From NCBI GenBank assembly GCA_040398565.1, contig JBBATU010000005.1, positions 161-64,160 of the forward strand: DNA of 64,000 bases, written 5' to 3'. The stretch's first letter is position 1; each line of letters begins with the position of its first letter. Under the pieces are notes generated by a model. It made no database searches. It saw only the letters and a program-made list of their open reading frames with translations, and was not told where the DNA came from. A program made the translations under genes and the position numbers. Source of the stretch: Chakrabartia sp. (lineage in GTDB: Bacteria > Pseudomonadota > Alphaproteobacteria > Sphingomonadales > Sphingomonadaceae). Below are positions 28,630 to 39,155 of this stretch, one piece after another.

Positions 28630-30135
28630 ATGCAGACTGTCGAAACCTTGAACGAAGGCCTTAAGCGCGCCTACACGCTGACCATCGCGGCGAAAGATAT
28701 TTCAAAGCGTGTGGAGCAGGAAGTGGCGCGACTCGCACCGCAGATCCGCATGCCCGGCTTCCGCCCCGGCAAGGTGCCTGCCAATCTCGTCAAGAAAATG
28801 CATGGTGAGGCCATTCAGGGCGATGCGCTGAACGCGTCGGTTCAAGAAGCCGTGCAATCCTTGATCGCAGACCAGAAGCTGCGCCCGGCCATGTCGCCAT
28901 CGGTTGAACTGGCCGAAGGCTATACGCATGGCAAGGATGCTGAGCTGTCGGTTGCGCTGGAAATTCTGCCCAATATCGATACGCCCAGCATTGACGGCCT
29001 GAAACTTGAGCGCCTGACGATTGAAGCCAGCGCAGAAGCCGTTGATGAGGCGGTTCTGCGCATTGCTCAGCAGCAAAAGGGCTATGACGACGCACCCAAG
29101 GGCCACAAGGCCAAGACGGGCGATCTCGTTGTCATGGATTTTATCGGCAAGGTCGATGGTGTCGCTTTTGATGGCGGCACGGGCGAAGATATGTCGGTTG
29201 AAATCGGTTCGGGTCGCCTGATTCCCGGTTTTGAGGACCAGATCATCGGCGTGAAGTCCGGTGATGAAAAGACCATCACCGTCACCTTCCCGGCGGATTA
29301 CAATGTTGAGACGCTCAAGAGCAAAGAAGCGACCTTTGATCTGGTGATCAAGGATGTGCGCGTACCGGGCGAAGCCAAAGCGGATGACGCCTTTGCCAAG
29401 TCGCTGGGTCTTGAGGGCATTGGTCAGCTGCGTGAACTGATGAAAGGCCAGCTGGAGCAGGAATTTAATCAGCTCACCCGCACTCATATGAAGCGCCGCC
29501 TGCTGGACCAGCTGGCCGCATCGCATGATTTTGATGTGCCCCCGGGTATGGTCGAAGGCGAGTTTAACCAAATCTGGGCGCAGCTTGAGCATGAAGCCGG
29601 GCATGAAGCCGATCCGGAAGCAGCGCGCGCCGACATGGAAAAGGATCGCGACGATTATCGCGCCATCGCCGTGCGTCGCGTCCGTCTGGGCCTGTTGCTC
29701 TCGGAAATTGGGCAGGCCAATAATGTTCAGATCAGCGCCCAGGAAATGAACCGCCTGATCACGCAGGCCTCGATGCAATATGGCCCAGGTGAGCGCGAGC
29801 GCTTCATCCAATATGTCCAGCAGGACCCGATGGCCGCCGCACAAATCCGCGCGCCGTTGTATGAAGATAAGGTCGTCGACTTCCTCTTCTCCAAGGCGGA
29901 AGTCACCGACCGCGCTGTGACCCGTGAAGAATTGGAAGCCGCAATTGAAGCGGATTCGGATGAAGGTCACGTCCATGGCCCGGGCTGTGGTCATGATCAT
30001 GGCGACGCCAAGCCGGCGAAAAAGCCAGCCGCCAAAAAGGCCGCTGCGCCCAAGGCTGAAAAAGCTGAAAAGCCAGCCAAGGCTGAGCCTGCTGCAAAGC
30101 CCGCGAAAAAGGCACCGGCCAAGAAAAAGGCCTAA
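28630..30135 (+). CDS. tig: Trigger factor with an extended C-terminal tail
   Basis: 501 aa. N-terminal ribosome-binding signature GFRPGKVP, FKBP-type PPIase region (DFIGKVDGVAFDGG). The C-terminal 62 aa are a His/Cys-rich segment plus an Ala/Lys/Pro-rich tail. Confidence 0.9.
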   Translation: MQTVETLNEGLKRAYTLTIAAKDISKRVEQEVARLAPQIRMPGFRPGKVPANLVKKMHGEAIQGDALNASVQEAVQSLIADQKLRPAMSPSVELAEGYTHGKDAELSVALEILPNIDTPSIDGLKLERLTIEASAEAVDEAVLRIAQQQKGYDDAPKGHKAKTGDLVVMDFIGKVDGVAFDGGTGEDMSVEIGSGRLIPGFEDQIIGVKSGDEKTITVTFPADYNVETLKSKEATFDLVIKDVRVPGEAKADDAFAKSLGLEGIGQLRELMKGQLEQEFNQLTRTHMKRRLLDQLAASHDFDVPPGMVEGEFNQIWAQLEHEAGHEADPEAARADMEKDRDDYRAIAVRRVRLGLLLSEIGQANNVQISAQEMNRLITQASMQYGPGERERFIQYVQQDPMAAAQIRAPLYEDKVVDFLFSKAEVTDRAVTREELEAAIEADSDEGHVHGPGCGHDHGDAKPAKKPAAKKAAAPKAEKAEKPAKAEPAAKPAKKAPAKKKA

Positions 30136-30163
30136 TCGCCTTTTTTCACGCGAAGACGAAATT

Positions 30164-30194
30164 AGGCCCTCCGCACTGCGGGGGGCCTTTTTCG
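30164..30194 (+). terminator. Rho-independent terminator after tig
   Basis: AGGCCCTCCGC / ACT loop / GCGGGGGGCCT, followed by TTTTTC. Confidence 0.55.
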
Positions 30195-30343
30195 TTGGGC
30201 GGGCACGCCTGCAGGGTCCGGCGCGCAATAACATTTCACTCCTAGACCCCGATGCACGGAGAAAGCTGCGCTAAAGGTCAGCATACGATTTCAAGGGTTC
30301 ACACGCGCACCCGCGCGCTTATAGCGACGATGCGAATCGTTAT

Positions 30344-33300
30344 GTGTGCGATTCCCATGTCTTGGAGGGTTTTTTGGGCGAATCAGGGTTTCCAGCGAAT
30401 CAGGGTCTTTATGACGCGCGCAACGAACATGATGCGTGCGGTGTCGGCTTTGTTGCCAATATTAAAGGCGTGAAATCGCACGAAACCGTGAAACGCGGCC
30501 TCGAGATTCTTGTGAATATTGATCATCGCGGTGCCGTGGGCGCTGATCCGCTCTTGGGCGATGGCGCGGGCATTTTGATCCAGATTCCAGACGCCTTGTT
30601 CCGCGAGTGGGCGACGGGCGCGGGCGTGACCCTGCCTCAGCCCGGCGATTATGCCGTTGCCATGTGCTTCCTGCCGCAGGATGACCGGGCCCGCGACTTT
30701 GGCGTCAAAAACTTCGAAAGCTTCTGCATCAAGGAAGGCCAGCATGTGGTTGGCTGGCGCGATGTGCCGACCAATCCTGCCGGGCTTGGCAAGGCCGTGA
30801 TTGAGCAGATGCCCGTCATCCGTCAGTTGATCATAGGGCGTGGCGAGAATTGCGCAGATCAGGACGCGTTTGAACGCAAGCTGCTTGCCATTCGCAAGCA
30901 GGCGCAAAACCCGCTTGTCGCGCTCGCTGAAAAGCATGACCTGCCGGATCTGCCCCGCTTCTACATGCCGTCGCTGTCGACGCGCACGATTGTCTATAAG
31001 GGCCTGTTGCTCGCCGATCAGGTTGGTAGCTTCTACAAAGATTTGCAGAACCCAATCGTCACGTCGGCGCTTGCGCTCGTCCACCAGCGCTTCTCGACCA
31101 ACACCTTCCCCAGCTGGAAGCTGGCCCACCCGTATCGCTTCATCGCGCATAATGGGGAAATCAACACGGTTCGCGGCAATGTGAACTGGATGAATGCCCG
31201 CCGCCGCACGATGGAATCAGACCTGTTGGGCGCTGACCTCGACAAGATGTGGCCGCTCATCCCGCATGGCCAGTCCGACACGGCGTGCCTCGACAATGCG
31301 CTCGAGTTGCTGCTCGCGGGCGGCTATTCGCTGGCGCACGCCGTCATGATGCTGGTGCCCGAAGCTTGGGCTGGCAACCCAATGATGGATGCCAAGCGCC
31401 GGGCATTTTACGAATATCACGCCGCCCTGATGGAACCATGGGATGGCCCCGCGGCCATTGCCTTTACCGATGGTCGGCAAATTGGCGCGACGCTGGACCG
31501 TAATGGCCTGCGCCCAGCGCGCTTCCTTGTGACCGATGATGATCATGTCATCATGGCGTCTGAATCGGGCGTTCTTCCGGTGAAGGAAGATAATATCGTC
31601 CGTAAATGGCGGCTCCAGCCCGGCAAGATGCTGCTGATCGATCTGGAAGAAGGCCGCATCATCGAGGATGAGGAAATCAAGGCGCAGCTGGCCGCTTCTC
31701 AGCCCTATGATGAATGGCTGGATGCGGCCCAGTATAAGCTGAAGGACCTGAACGAAGTCGAGGTCTCCGAGGCTGTTCTTGCCAATGATCCGTCCGTCTT
31801 GCTGGATCGTCAGCAGGCCTTTGGCTTTACGCAGGAAGATACGTCGAGATTTTTGGAGCCCATGGCCCGCAATGGGGAAGACCCCATTGGGTCTATGGGA
31901 ACCGACACGCCCATTGCCGTGCTCTCGTCCAAGCCGCGTCTGCTCTATGATTATTTCAAGCAGAATTTCGCACAAGTCACCAACCCGCCCATCGATCCGA
32001 TCCGCGAAGAATTGGTGATGAGTCTTGTGTCGATGATCGGCCCACGCCCCAATCTTTTGGGTCGTGTGGCGGGCACGCACAAGCGGCTTGAGGTGGAACA
32101 GCCCGTCCTGACCAATGCGGATCTCGCCAAGATCCGGTCGGTAGAAGAAGCGCTGGACGGGGCCTTCCGCACCGAAACCATCGACATGACTTGGGATGCC
32201 AAATCGGGCGTCGCCGGTCTGGAACTGGCGATTAAGGAAATGTGCTGGTCCGCAACCGAAGCGGTGTTGGCCGATAAGAACATCCTGATCCTATCCGACC
32301 GCGCCGAAGGGCCAGATCGCATTGCCATGCCGTCGCTGCTGGCAACGGCGGCTGTCCATCATCACCTTGTCCGGCAAGGTCTGCGGATGCAGACGGGTTT
32401 GGTGGTTGAAACGGGCGAAGCGCGCGAGGTTCATCATTTCTGCGTGCTCGCAGGCTATGGCGCAGAAGCGGTGAACCCCTATCTCGCCTTTGAAACGCTG
32501 GAGGATATTCGCGTTCGTCAGGGGATCGACCTCACGACCGAGCAGGTTCAGAAAAACTATATCAAGGCCGTCGGCAAAGGCATTTTGAAGGTCATGTCCA
32601 AAATGGGCATTTCGACCTATCAATCCTATTGCGGGGCGCAGATTTTTGATGCGGTTGGCCTGTCCTCCAGCTTTATTCAGGCCTATTTCACGGGCACGGC
32701 CACCACGATTGAAGGTGTGGGCCTGACCGAAATTGCGGAAGAAACCGTCCGCCGTCATGCGTCCGCTTATAGCGACAATCCCATTTATCGGAACATGCTC
32801 GATGTGGGCGGCATTTATGGCTATCGCGTGCGGGGTGAAGACCATGCCTGGACGCCCGCCAATGTCGCCAATTTGCAGCATGCGGTGCGCGGCAACAGCA
32901 AAGATCGCTATGAGGATTTTGCCCGGTCGATCAATGAGCAGAGCGAACGCCTGCTGACCATCCGGGGGCTTCTCACTCTCAAAACGGCAGATACCCCGCT
33001 GGACCTGAGCGAAGTCGAACCCGCCAGTGAGATTGTGAAGCGTTTTGCAACTGGCGCGATGAGCTTTGGCTCGATCAGCCGCGAAGCGCATACAACACTC
33101 GCCATTGCGATGAACCGGATTGGCGGCAAGTCGAACACGGGCGAAGGCGGCGAAGAGACAGATCGTTTCACCCCGCTCGCCAATGGCGATTCCATGCGCT
33201 CGGCGATCAAGCAGGTTGCCTCTGGCCGCTTTGGTGTCACCACCGAATATCTGGTGAATGCCGACGACATTCAGATCAAGATGGCACAGGGCGCAAAGCC

Positions 33301-35026
33301 CGGTGAGGGCGGCCAGCTGCCCGGGGATAAGGTCGATAAAAATATCGCCCGGGTCCGCCATTCAACACCGGGCGTCGGCCTGATTTCGCCACCGCCGCAC
33401 CATGACATTTATTCGATTGAGGATCTGGCCCAGCTGATCCACGATTTGAAGAATGTGAATACGGGTGCCCGCATTTCCGTAAAGCTCGTGTCCGAAGTGG
33501 GCGTTGGCACGGTTGCCGCAGGCGTTGCCAAAGCGCGTGCGGACCATGTGACCATTGCCGGCTATGAAGGCGGCACGGGCGCGTCTCCGCTGACATCGCT
33601 CACCCACGCAGGATCCCCTTGGGAAATCGGCCTTGCGGAAACCCAGCAGACCTTGCTGCTTAATGGTTTACGCTCGCGCATTGCGGTGCAGGTGGATGGT
33701 GGTCTGCGCACAGGCCGCGATGTCGCCATTGGCGCGCTTTTGGGTGCAGATGAATTTGGCTTCGCCACTGCCCCCTTAATCGCGGCAGGTTGTATCATGA
33801 TGCGCAAATGCCATCTCAACACTTGCCCGGTGGGTGTGGCGACGCAAGACCCAGTTCTGCGTGCGCGGTTTACGGGTCAGCCGGAGCATGTGATCAATTA
33901 CTTCTTCTTCGTTGCCGAAGAGCTGCGCCAGATCATGGCGGAAATGGGCTTCCGCACGCTTGAAGACATGGTGGGTCGTGTTGACCGCCTCGATATGAAT
34001 AAGGCGATTGACCATTGGAAGGCCCATGGCGTTGATCTCTCGCGCCTGCTGCACAAGGTTGATCTGCCGGAAGACGCGCCGTTGCGCTGGGTCGAAACGC
34101 AGAACCATGGCCTTGAAAAGGCACTGGATCGTGATCTGATCGCCGCGGCTGCCCCCGCCCTTGAAAAGGGAGAGGTGGTCCGCATTGAGCGGGAGATTAA
34201 GAACGTCAACCGCACGGCGGGCGCGATGCTCTCGGGCGAAGTCGCAAGGCGTTATGGGCATGACGGCTTGCCCTCCAACACCATCCAAATCGCCTTTACC
34301 GGCGTTGCGGGACAAAGCTTTGGGGCCTTCTTGGCGCATGGCGTGACGCTTGAACTCACGGGCGATGCCAATGACTATGTCGGCAAGGGCCTGTCGGGCG
34401 GACGCATCATCGTGCGCCAACCCGCCCATGTAACGCGTGAGCCGACCGAGAATATCATCGTCGGCAATACGGTGCTCTATGGCGCAATTGCAGGCGAAGC
34501 CTATTTCAACGGCGTAGCCGGGGAACGCTTTGCCGTGCGCAATTCTGGTGCGCTCTGCGTTGTCGAAGGCACGGGCGATCATGGCTGCGAATATATGACG
34601 GGTGGTGTCGTTGTCGTGCTGGGCAAGACCGGACGCAACTTTGCCGCCGGCATGTCGGGCGGGGTCGCCTATGTCTATGATGAGGACGGCCGCTTCCGCG
34701 AGCGTTGCAACCTGGCAATGGTCGATGTGGAGGCCATATCGGCCGATGGCCCAGAGGCCGACAACTCAACCGGTACGCCACAGCAACGCGCCGTCAACGC
34801 GCATGACTTTGGCATGGGCGACATGCTCTACCATTCGCAGGACCGCTTGCGCGTCCTTCTCGAGCGGCATCACCTCTTCACCGGCAGCAAGCGCGCGCGC
34901 GCGCTGCTCGATGATTGGGACACGACGCTCAAGCGCTTCGTGAAAGTCATGCCGAAGGATTATCGGCGTGCCCTTCAGCAGATCGAGGCGGAACGCCTTG
35001 CCTCTGCAAACGTCGCTGCTGAATAA
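30344..35026 (+). CDS. gltB: Glutamate synthase large subunit
   Basis: ~1560 aa. Ntn-amidotransferase Cys in [14 protein letters not shown] after a short propeptide, then FMN and GXGXG domains. The start is uncertain: GTG 30344, or in-frame TTG 30374 with GGAGGG 4 nt upstream. Confidence 0.95.
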   Translation: MCDSHVLEGFLGESGFPANQGLYDARNEHDACGVGFVANIKGVKSHETVKRGLEILVNIDHRGAVGADPLLGDGAGILIQIPDALFREWATGAGVTLPQPGDYAVAMCFLPQDDRARDFGVKNFESFCIKEGQHVVGWRDVPTNPAGLGKAVIEQMPVIRQLIIGRGENCADQDAFERKLLAIRKQAQNPLVALAEKHDLPDLPRFYMPSLSTRTIVYKGLLLADQVGSFYKDLQNPIVTSALALVHQRFSTNTFPSWKLAHPYRFIAHNGEINTVRGNVNWMNARRRTMESDLLGADLDKMWPLIPHGQSDTACLDNALELLLAGGYSLAHAVMMLVPEAWAGNPMMDAKRRAFYEYHAALMEPWDGPAAIAFTDGRQIGATLDRNGLRPARFLVTDDDHVIMASESGVLPVKEDNIVRKWRLQPGKMLLIDLEEGRIIEDEEIKAQLAASQPYDEWLDAAQYKLKDLNEVEVSEAVLANDPSVLLDRQQAFGFTQEDTSRFLEPMARNGEDPIGSMGTDTPIAVLSSKPRLLYDYFKQNFAQVTNPPIDPIREELVMSLVSMIGPRPNLLGRVAGTHKRLEVEQPVLTNADLAKIRSVEEALDGAFRTETIDMTWDAKSGVAGLELAIKEMCWSATEAVLADKNILILSDRAEGPDRIAMPSLLATAAVHHHLVRQGLRMQTGLVVETGEAREVHHFCVLAGYGAEAVNPYLAFETLEDIRVRQGIDLTTEQVQKNYIKAVGKGILKVMSKMGISTYQSYCGAQIFDAVGLSSSFIQAYFTGTATTIEGVGLTEIAEETVRRHASAYSDNPIYRNMLDVGGIYGYRVRGEDHAWTPANVANLQHAVRGNSKDRYEDFARSINEQSERLLTIRGLLTLKTADTPLDLSEVEPASEIVKRFATGAMSFGSISREAHTTLAIAMNRIGGKSNTGEGGEETDRFTPLANGDSMRSAIKQVASGRFGVTTEYLVNADDIQIKMAQGAKPGEGGQLPGDKVDKNIARVRHSTPGVGLISPPPHHDIYSIEDLAQLIHDLKNVNTGARISVKLVSEVGVGTVAAGVAKARADHVTIAGYEGGTGASPLTSLTHAGSPWEIGLAETQQTLLLNGLRSRIAVQVDGGLRTGRDVAIGALLGADEFGFATAPLIAAGCIMMRKCHLNTCPVGVATQDPVLRARFTGQPEHVINYFFFVAEELRQIMAEMGFRTLEDMVGRVDRLDMNKAIDHWKAHGVDLSRLLHKVDLPEDAPLRWVETQNHGLEKALDRDLIAAAAPALEKGEVVRIEREIKNVNRTAGAMLSGEVARRYGHDGLPSNTIQIAFTGVAGQSFGAFLAHGVTLELTGDANDYVGKGLSGGRIIVRQPAHVTREPTENIIVGNTVLYGAIAGEAYFNGVAGERFAVRNSGALCVVEGTGDHGCEYMTGGVVVVLGKTGRNFAAGMSGGVAYVYDEDGRFRERCNLAMVDVEAISADGPEADNSTGTPQQRAVNAHDFGMGDMLYHSQDRLRVLLERHHLFTGSKRARALLDDWDTTLKRFVKVMPKDYRRALQQIEAERLASANVAAE

Positions 35027-35046
35027 TTTATTATTGGAGACTGACC

Positions 35047-36483
35047 GTGGGCAAGACCACAGGCTTCCTCGAAATTGACCGCTCTGACCGGGCTTATGCC
35101 GACCCTAAGGAACGGCTGACGCATTATCGTGAGTTCGTCATTCCCATGTCGGAAGAGAAGATCCGCGGGCAGGCGGCGCGCTGCATGAATTGCGGCATTC
35201 CCTATTGCCATAATGGCTGCCCGGTGAACAACATTATCCCGGACTGGAACCATCTGGTCTATGAGAATGACTGGCGCAATGCGCTGGAAGTGCTGCATTC
35301 CACCAACAACTTCCCGGAATTTACGGGCCGGATTTGCCCCGCGCCATGCGAAGCCAGTTGCACGCTCAACATTGATGACGCGCCCGTCACGATCAAATCG
35401 ATCGAATGCCAGATTATCGATCGCGGATGGGCTGAAGGCTGGGTCACGCCGCTGGTCCCTTCGCGCAAAACGGGTAAATCTGTCGCCGTCATCGGCTCTG
35501 GCCCCGCAGGCCTTGCTTGTGCACAACAACTGGCGCGCGCGGGCCATAGCGTCACCGTGTTTGAGAAGAATGATCGGGTGGGCGGATTGCTCCGTTACGG
35601 CATTCCTGACTTTAAGATGGAAAAGCAGCTGATCAATCGCCGCCTCGTTCAGATGGAAGCGGAGGGCGTTCAGTTCCGCACCTCGATGGAAGTCGGCGTT
35701 CAGGTGTCGTTCGAAAGCCTCGAAGAAAATTATGATGCCGTTGTCATGGCCGGCGGTTCGGAAGAGGCGCGTCGTCTGGATATTCCGGGTGCTGAAATGG
35801 CGGGCGTCCGCCCAGCCATGGAATTCCTGACCCAGCAGAATAAGCGCAATGCAGGCGATGATGAATTGCGCGCCGCCCCGCGCGGCACGCTGAGCGCGAC
35901 GGGCAAGCATGTCATCGTCATTGGTGGCGGCGATACGGGGTCTGACTGTGTTGGCACATCCAACCGTCAGGGCGCGGCTTCGGTCACCCAGATCGAGATC
36001 ATGCCCAAGCCCCCTGAAAAGGAAAATAAGACGCTCAACTGGCCCGATTGGCCCATGAAGCTGCGCACCTCTTCCAGCCATGAAGAAGGCTGTGAGCGGG
36101 ATTGGGCCGTTCTGACCAAGCGGGTTGTCGGATCAAATGGTGTGGTCGAAGGGCTCGAGTGCAATCGCATTGAGTGGATCGACGGCAAGATGGTCGAAGT
36201 CCCCGGCAGCGAATTTACGCTGAAGGCAGATCTGATCCTGCTGGCCATGGGCTTTGTCGGCCCGGCCAAGGCTGGGCTGGTGGAGCAGGCGGAAGTCGAA
36301 CTCGACGGCCGTGGTAATGTGCTGGCCGATACCAATGCCTATGCGACGAGCCGCGACCATGTATTCACCTGCGGCGATATGCGGCGCGGGCAGAGCCTTG
36401 TGGTCTGGGCGATCCGTGAGGGCCGCCAATGCGCCCGTGCGGTTGACCTGCACCTCATGGGGGCGAGCGAACTGCCGCGCTGA
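35047..36483 (+). CDS. gltD: Glutamate synthase small subunit (NADPH-dependent)
   Basis: 478 aa. GTG 35047 with GGAG upstream. Fe-S Cys clusters [14 protein letters not shown] and CPAPCEASC. Dinucleotide fold [14 protein letters not shown]. Confidence 0.95.
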   Translation: MGKTTGFLEIDRSDRAYADPKERLTHYREFVIPMSEEKIRGQAARCMNCGIPYCHNGCPVNNIIPDWNHLVYENDWRNALEVLHSTNNFPEFTGRICPAPCEASCTLNIDDAPVTIKSIECQIIDRGWAEGWVTPLVPSRKTGKSVAVIGSGPAGLACAQQLARAGHSVTVFEKNDRVGGLLRYGIPDFKMEKQLINRRLVQMEAEGVQFRTSMEVGVQVSFESLEENYDAVVMAGGSEEARRLDIPGAEMAGVRPAMEFLTQQNKRNAGDDELRAAPRGTLSATGKHVIVIGGGDTGSDCVGTSNRQGAASVTQIEIMPKPPEKENKTLNWPDWPMKLRTSSSHEEGCERDWAVLTKRVVGSNGVVEGLECNRIEWIDGKMVEVPGSEFTLKADLILLAMGFVGPAKAGLVEQAEVELDGRGNVLADTNAYATSRDHVFTCGDMRRGQSLVVWAIREGRQCARAVDLHLMGASELPR

Positions 36484-36497
36484 TAAGCATCTTATTG

Positions 36498-36541
36498 CCC
36501 ACCCCCAACCCCTCCCGCAAGCGGGAGGGGTTGGGGGTGGG
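36498..36541. repeat. Perfect 21-bp-stem G/C-rich palindrome (REP-like) between convergent gltD and the peptidase gene; probable bidirectional terminator
   Basis: CCCACCCCCAACCCCTCCCGC AA GCGGGAGGGGTTGGGGGTGGG. The core CCCCAACCCCTCCCGCAWGCGGGAGGGG recurs at 59146-59172. Confidence 0.6.
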
Positions 36542-36550
36542 CTGTATCCT

Positions 36551-38074
36551 CTATCGGCTCTTGATAAAGGCCCGAATATCGCGCGAGAGCTTCGCCCGAT
36601 CTTCATCGCGCACATACATCATGTGGCCTGCATCATAATAATGGAACTGTATCCGCTCCTTTGGAAAGTCGGCGCGGCTCAGCGCATATTCGGCTGCAAA
36701 AAAGGGTGTGGCAAAGTCATAATAGCCTTGGCCAACAAAGATTTTCAGACCAGAATTTTCACGCAGCGCGCGAGAGATATAGGGGGCGACATTCATATAG
36801 GTGTCGCTGTCGCGCCCTTCATTCAGGCGCCAGTCCCATCTCCCAACGCCGCCAATTGTCACATAGCCGCGATCGGTTTTATAGCCGAGCGTGGTGCGGG
36901 CATAATCATTGATCGCCGCTGTATAGCCGCCATCAATGCCGTAAAAGCTAGGATCATTATCAGGCTCTGATCCGGCTGAGTCTGAATCCTTGCCCGTATA
37001 GCGGGAATCGAGACGGCCGACGGTCAGGCTGCGGTCCCGCAGCAGCTCCTTGTAAAAGCGGGCGGGTGTGACACGCAGGTCAGCACGGTCCAAAAAGGCC
37101 TCGCTCAAGCCAGTGAAGCGCGCGAGATCGCGGCGAATGCTGGCTCGCTCATCGGCAGGCAGCGCATTGCCTTTTAGCAAAGCGGCCAGGTAAGGCCCCG
37201 CGGCCCAGGCCCGCGCCTCTGCCGAAATCCCGGCGGCTCCGCCCGGATGAGAGGCCTTACCATGATAGAGGGCAGTCGCCGCCATGGACGGAATGTTGAG
37301 CGCATAGCCAATTTCATTGCCCTGCGTGTCAGCGCCAGCCCCAAAATCCAACACCGTTGAAATCAGGATGACGCCGTTCAAGGCGACGTCATTATATTGA
37401 CCTTCCAACTGATTGAGCACCGCTGCCGAGCGGGTGGTGCCATAGCTTTCCCCGCCCAAAAACTTCGGCGCATTCCAGCGACCATGTTCATTGAGCCACA
37501 GGCGGATGAACTGCGCGATGGACTTGGCATCCTGCGTAACGCCCCAAAAATCCTGCGGATCAACGCCGGGCATGGCATAGGAAAAGCCCGTGCCCACCGG
37601 ATCAATAAAGACAATGTCCGTCGTATCCAACAAACTGTCGGGATTGGCGACCATCGGATAGGGCGGCGCGCCATCATCGCGCGCATCCGACGGAATGGCA
37701 ACACGCACCGGGCCGAAGGCGCCCACATGCAGCCAGACCGAGCCAGAGCCGGGGCCACCATTGAACAGGAAGGTGACGGGACGGTTCGGATCCTTGCCCT
37801 CTTTCAGATAGCTGGTGGAGAAAATGGCCGCGCGCGGCTTGCCATCGGGGCCGGGTAAGAAGGTTTCACCCGCCACTGCCTTATAGCTGATTTTCTGGCC
37901 ATTGAACGTGCCGACATGTTTGGTAACAGAACGGTTGGGCGCGGGCGTCGGAGATGGGGCGGCGGTCGTTGCAGCCTCTTTCTTCTCCGCAAGGGCGGCT
38001 GTCTGGCCAGCGACCGCTTGGGCCAACCCGGCCCCTATCAGAAACAACGGCGCCCAAAAAATTGATTTGCGCAT
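36551..38074 (-). CDS. Secreted S10-family serine carboxypeptidase-like peptidase
   Basis: Start at MRKSIFWAPLFLIGAGLAQAVAG (signal peptide; G-rich SD 8 nt upstream). Nucleophile motif FLGGESYGT, FNGGPGSGS, C-terminal catalytic-type AGHMMY. Confidence 0.75.
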   Translation of the reverse strand: MRKSIFWAPLFLIGAGLAQAVAGQTAALAEKKEAATTAAPSPTPAPNRSVTKHVGTFNGQKISYKAVAGETFLPGPDGKPRAAIFSTSYLKEGKDPNRPVTFLFNGGPGSGSVWLHVGAFGPVRVAIPSDARDDGAPPYPMVANPDSLLDTTDIVFIDPVGTGFSYAMPGVDPQDFWGVTQDAKSIAQFIRLWLNEHGRWNAPKFLGGESYGTTRSAAVLNQLEGQYNDVALNGVILISTVLDFGAGADTQGNEIGYALNIPSMAATALYHGKASHPGGAAGISAEARAWAAGPYLAALLKGNALPADERASIRRDLARFTGLSEAFLDRADLRVTPARFYKELLRDRSLTVGRLDSRYTGKDSDSAGSEPDNDPSFYGIDGGYTAAINDYARTTLGYKTDRGYVTIGGVGRWDWRLNEGRDSDTYMNVAPYISRALRENSGLKIFVGQGYYDFATPFFAAEYALSRADFPKERIQFHYYDAGHMMYVRDEDRAKLSRDIRAFIKSR

Positions 38075-38144
38075 ATGAATTTCCCCCCAGAATAAAGACT
38101 TTAGCCAAGAATAGCGTCCTCTTGGCCAAGGTAAAGCGATTGCG

Positions 38145-39155
38145 CTATCCCAGAAGTTCTGAAGTGAACGCGATTTCCGCAATGCCCCTTTTGCCATCCA
38201 CGCGATCCAGCTGGACGATGATGTCAATCACAGAGGCGGCATAATCGATGGTTTCGCGCCGTCCCATACCAATGCCCGTCTGCATTGCCATCAGGGCTAT
38301 TTGTTCCAGCGCGCCCTTGGGGGAATTGGCGTGCACTGTCGAAAATGATCCCGGATGGCCGGTGTTGATCGCGCGCAGAAAGCTGACCGTCTCCCGGCCC
38401 CGCAACTCGCCCAGCACAATACGATCCGGACGAAGCCTGAGTGCGGCCTGCAACAGATCATCCGCAGAAACTTTTGCTTCGCCCAATTCCCCCTTCACCG
38501 CAATCAGCCCGACACCATTGGCATTGGGGAGGCGCAGTTCAGCTGTGTCCTCAACCAAGACAACCCGGTCTTCGGCTGGAATTTCGCGCAACATGGCGTT
38601 GAGAAAAGTTGTCTTCCCACTGGATGTCCCGCCCGACACCAAAATCGTACAGCGCCGCTGAACCGCATCGCGCAGAAAATCGATAGGTGCGTTAATGGGA
38701 TCGGGTTGGGGCTTGGGCGCGGCCTTAGCAATGGGCCCACGATCATAATCATCGAGCCGAAGATTGACGAGCCGATGCCGTCGGATCGCCAAAGCCCAAT
38801 GACCCCGTGTGGCGGGCGGACCGCAGAGCTGAATACGCGCACCATCTGGAAGCGTGGCGGCCAAGAGCGGATGCTCCCGGTTAATTCCCTGATGGCTGAC
38901 GCGCGCAACCTGTTCGGCCAAACGCTGCAACAGCTGATCATCAACACCCGGATGCGCAATGCGTTGCATGGTCGTTTGAGTGGCATCCTCGATCCAGATT
39001 TCCCCGGGACGATTGACCAGAATTTCAGTTACGCTATCGCGGTCAAGCCAGTCCTTAAAGGGGGCAAGATAAGCCTCCAGATAGACGCTTTTCGCATCGG
39101 CTAAACCGGAGCCCTTCCCCATGTCCGCTGTTACCAATGCGACCGGACCCGTCAC
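38145..39155 (-). CDS. virB11: Type IV secretion ATPase VirB11
   Basis: 336 aa. Walker A SGGTSSGKTTFLNA. VLVEDTAEL and GHPGSFSTVHAN motifs of the VirB11/TrbB family. Its ATG overlaps the virB10 stop. Confidence 0.9.
   Translation of the reverse strand: MTGPVALVTADMGKGSGLADAKSVYLEAYLAPFKDWLDRDSVTEILVNRPGEIWIEDATQTTMQRIAHPGVDDQLLQRLAEQVARVSHQGINREHPLLAATLPDGARIQLCGPPATRGHWALAIRRHRLVNLRLDDYDRGPIAKAAPKPQPDPINAPIDFLRDAVQRRCTILVSGGTSSGKTTFLNAMLREIPAEDRVVLVEDTAELRLPNANGVGLIAVKGELGEAKVSADDLLQAALRLRPDRIVLGELRGRETVSFLRAINTGHPGSFSTVHANSPKGALEQIALMAMQTGIGMGRRETIDYAASVIDIIVQLDRVDGKRGIAEIAFTSELLG

Noticed and set aside
28702-30234. 510-aa ORF antisense to tig. Similar long antisense or off-frame ORFs occur elsewhere, for example 10529-11695, 54170-55288, 2679-3683, 18027-18818, 33776-34582, 34975-36081 and 30383-31150.
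   Set aside because: They lie entirely opposite or out of frame to genes with unambiguous family motifs. Their translations are Arg/Gly/Ala/Pro-rich with no motifs or RBS. This is the usual open-frame artefact of roughly 60% G+C DNA.
30378-30406. Direct repeat GCGAATCAGGGT twice, 17 nt apart, near the gltB 5-prime end.
   Set aside because: It lies inside the probable propeptide coding region ([11 protein letters not shown]) and consists of only two short copies. It is most simply a coincidence or small duplication, with no evidence of a regulatory role.
36254-36970. 238-aa plus-strand ORF spanning the gltD 3-prime end, the palindrome and the peptidase 3-prime end.
   Set aside because: It is out of frame with gltD and antisense to the S10 peptidase, and it runs through a perfect 21-bp hairpin. 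The translation has no motifs.
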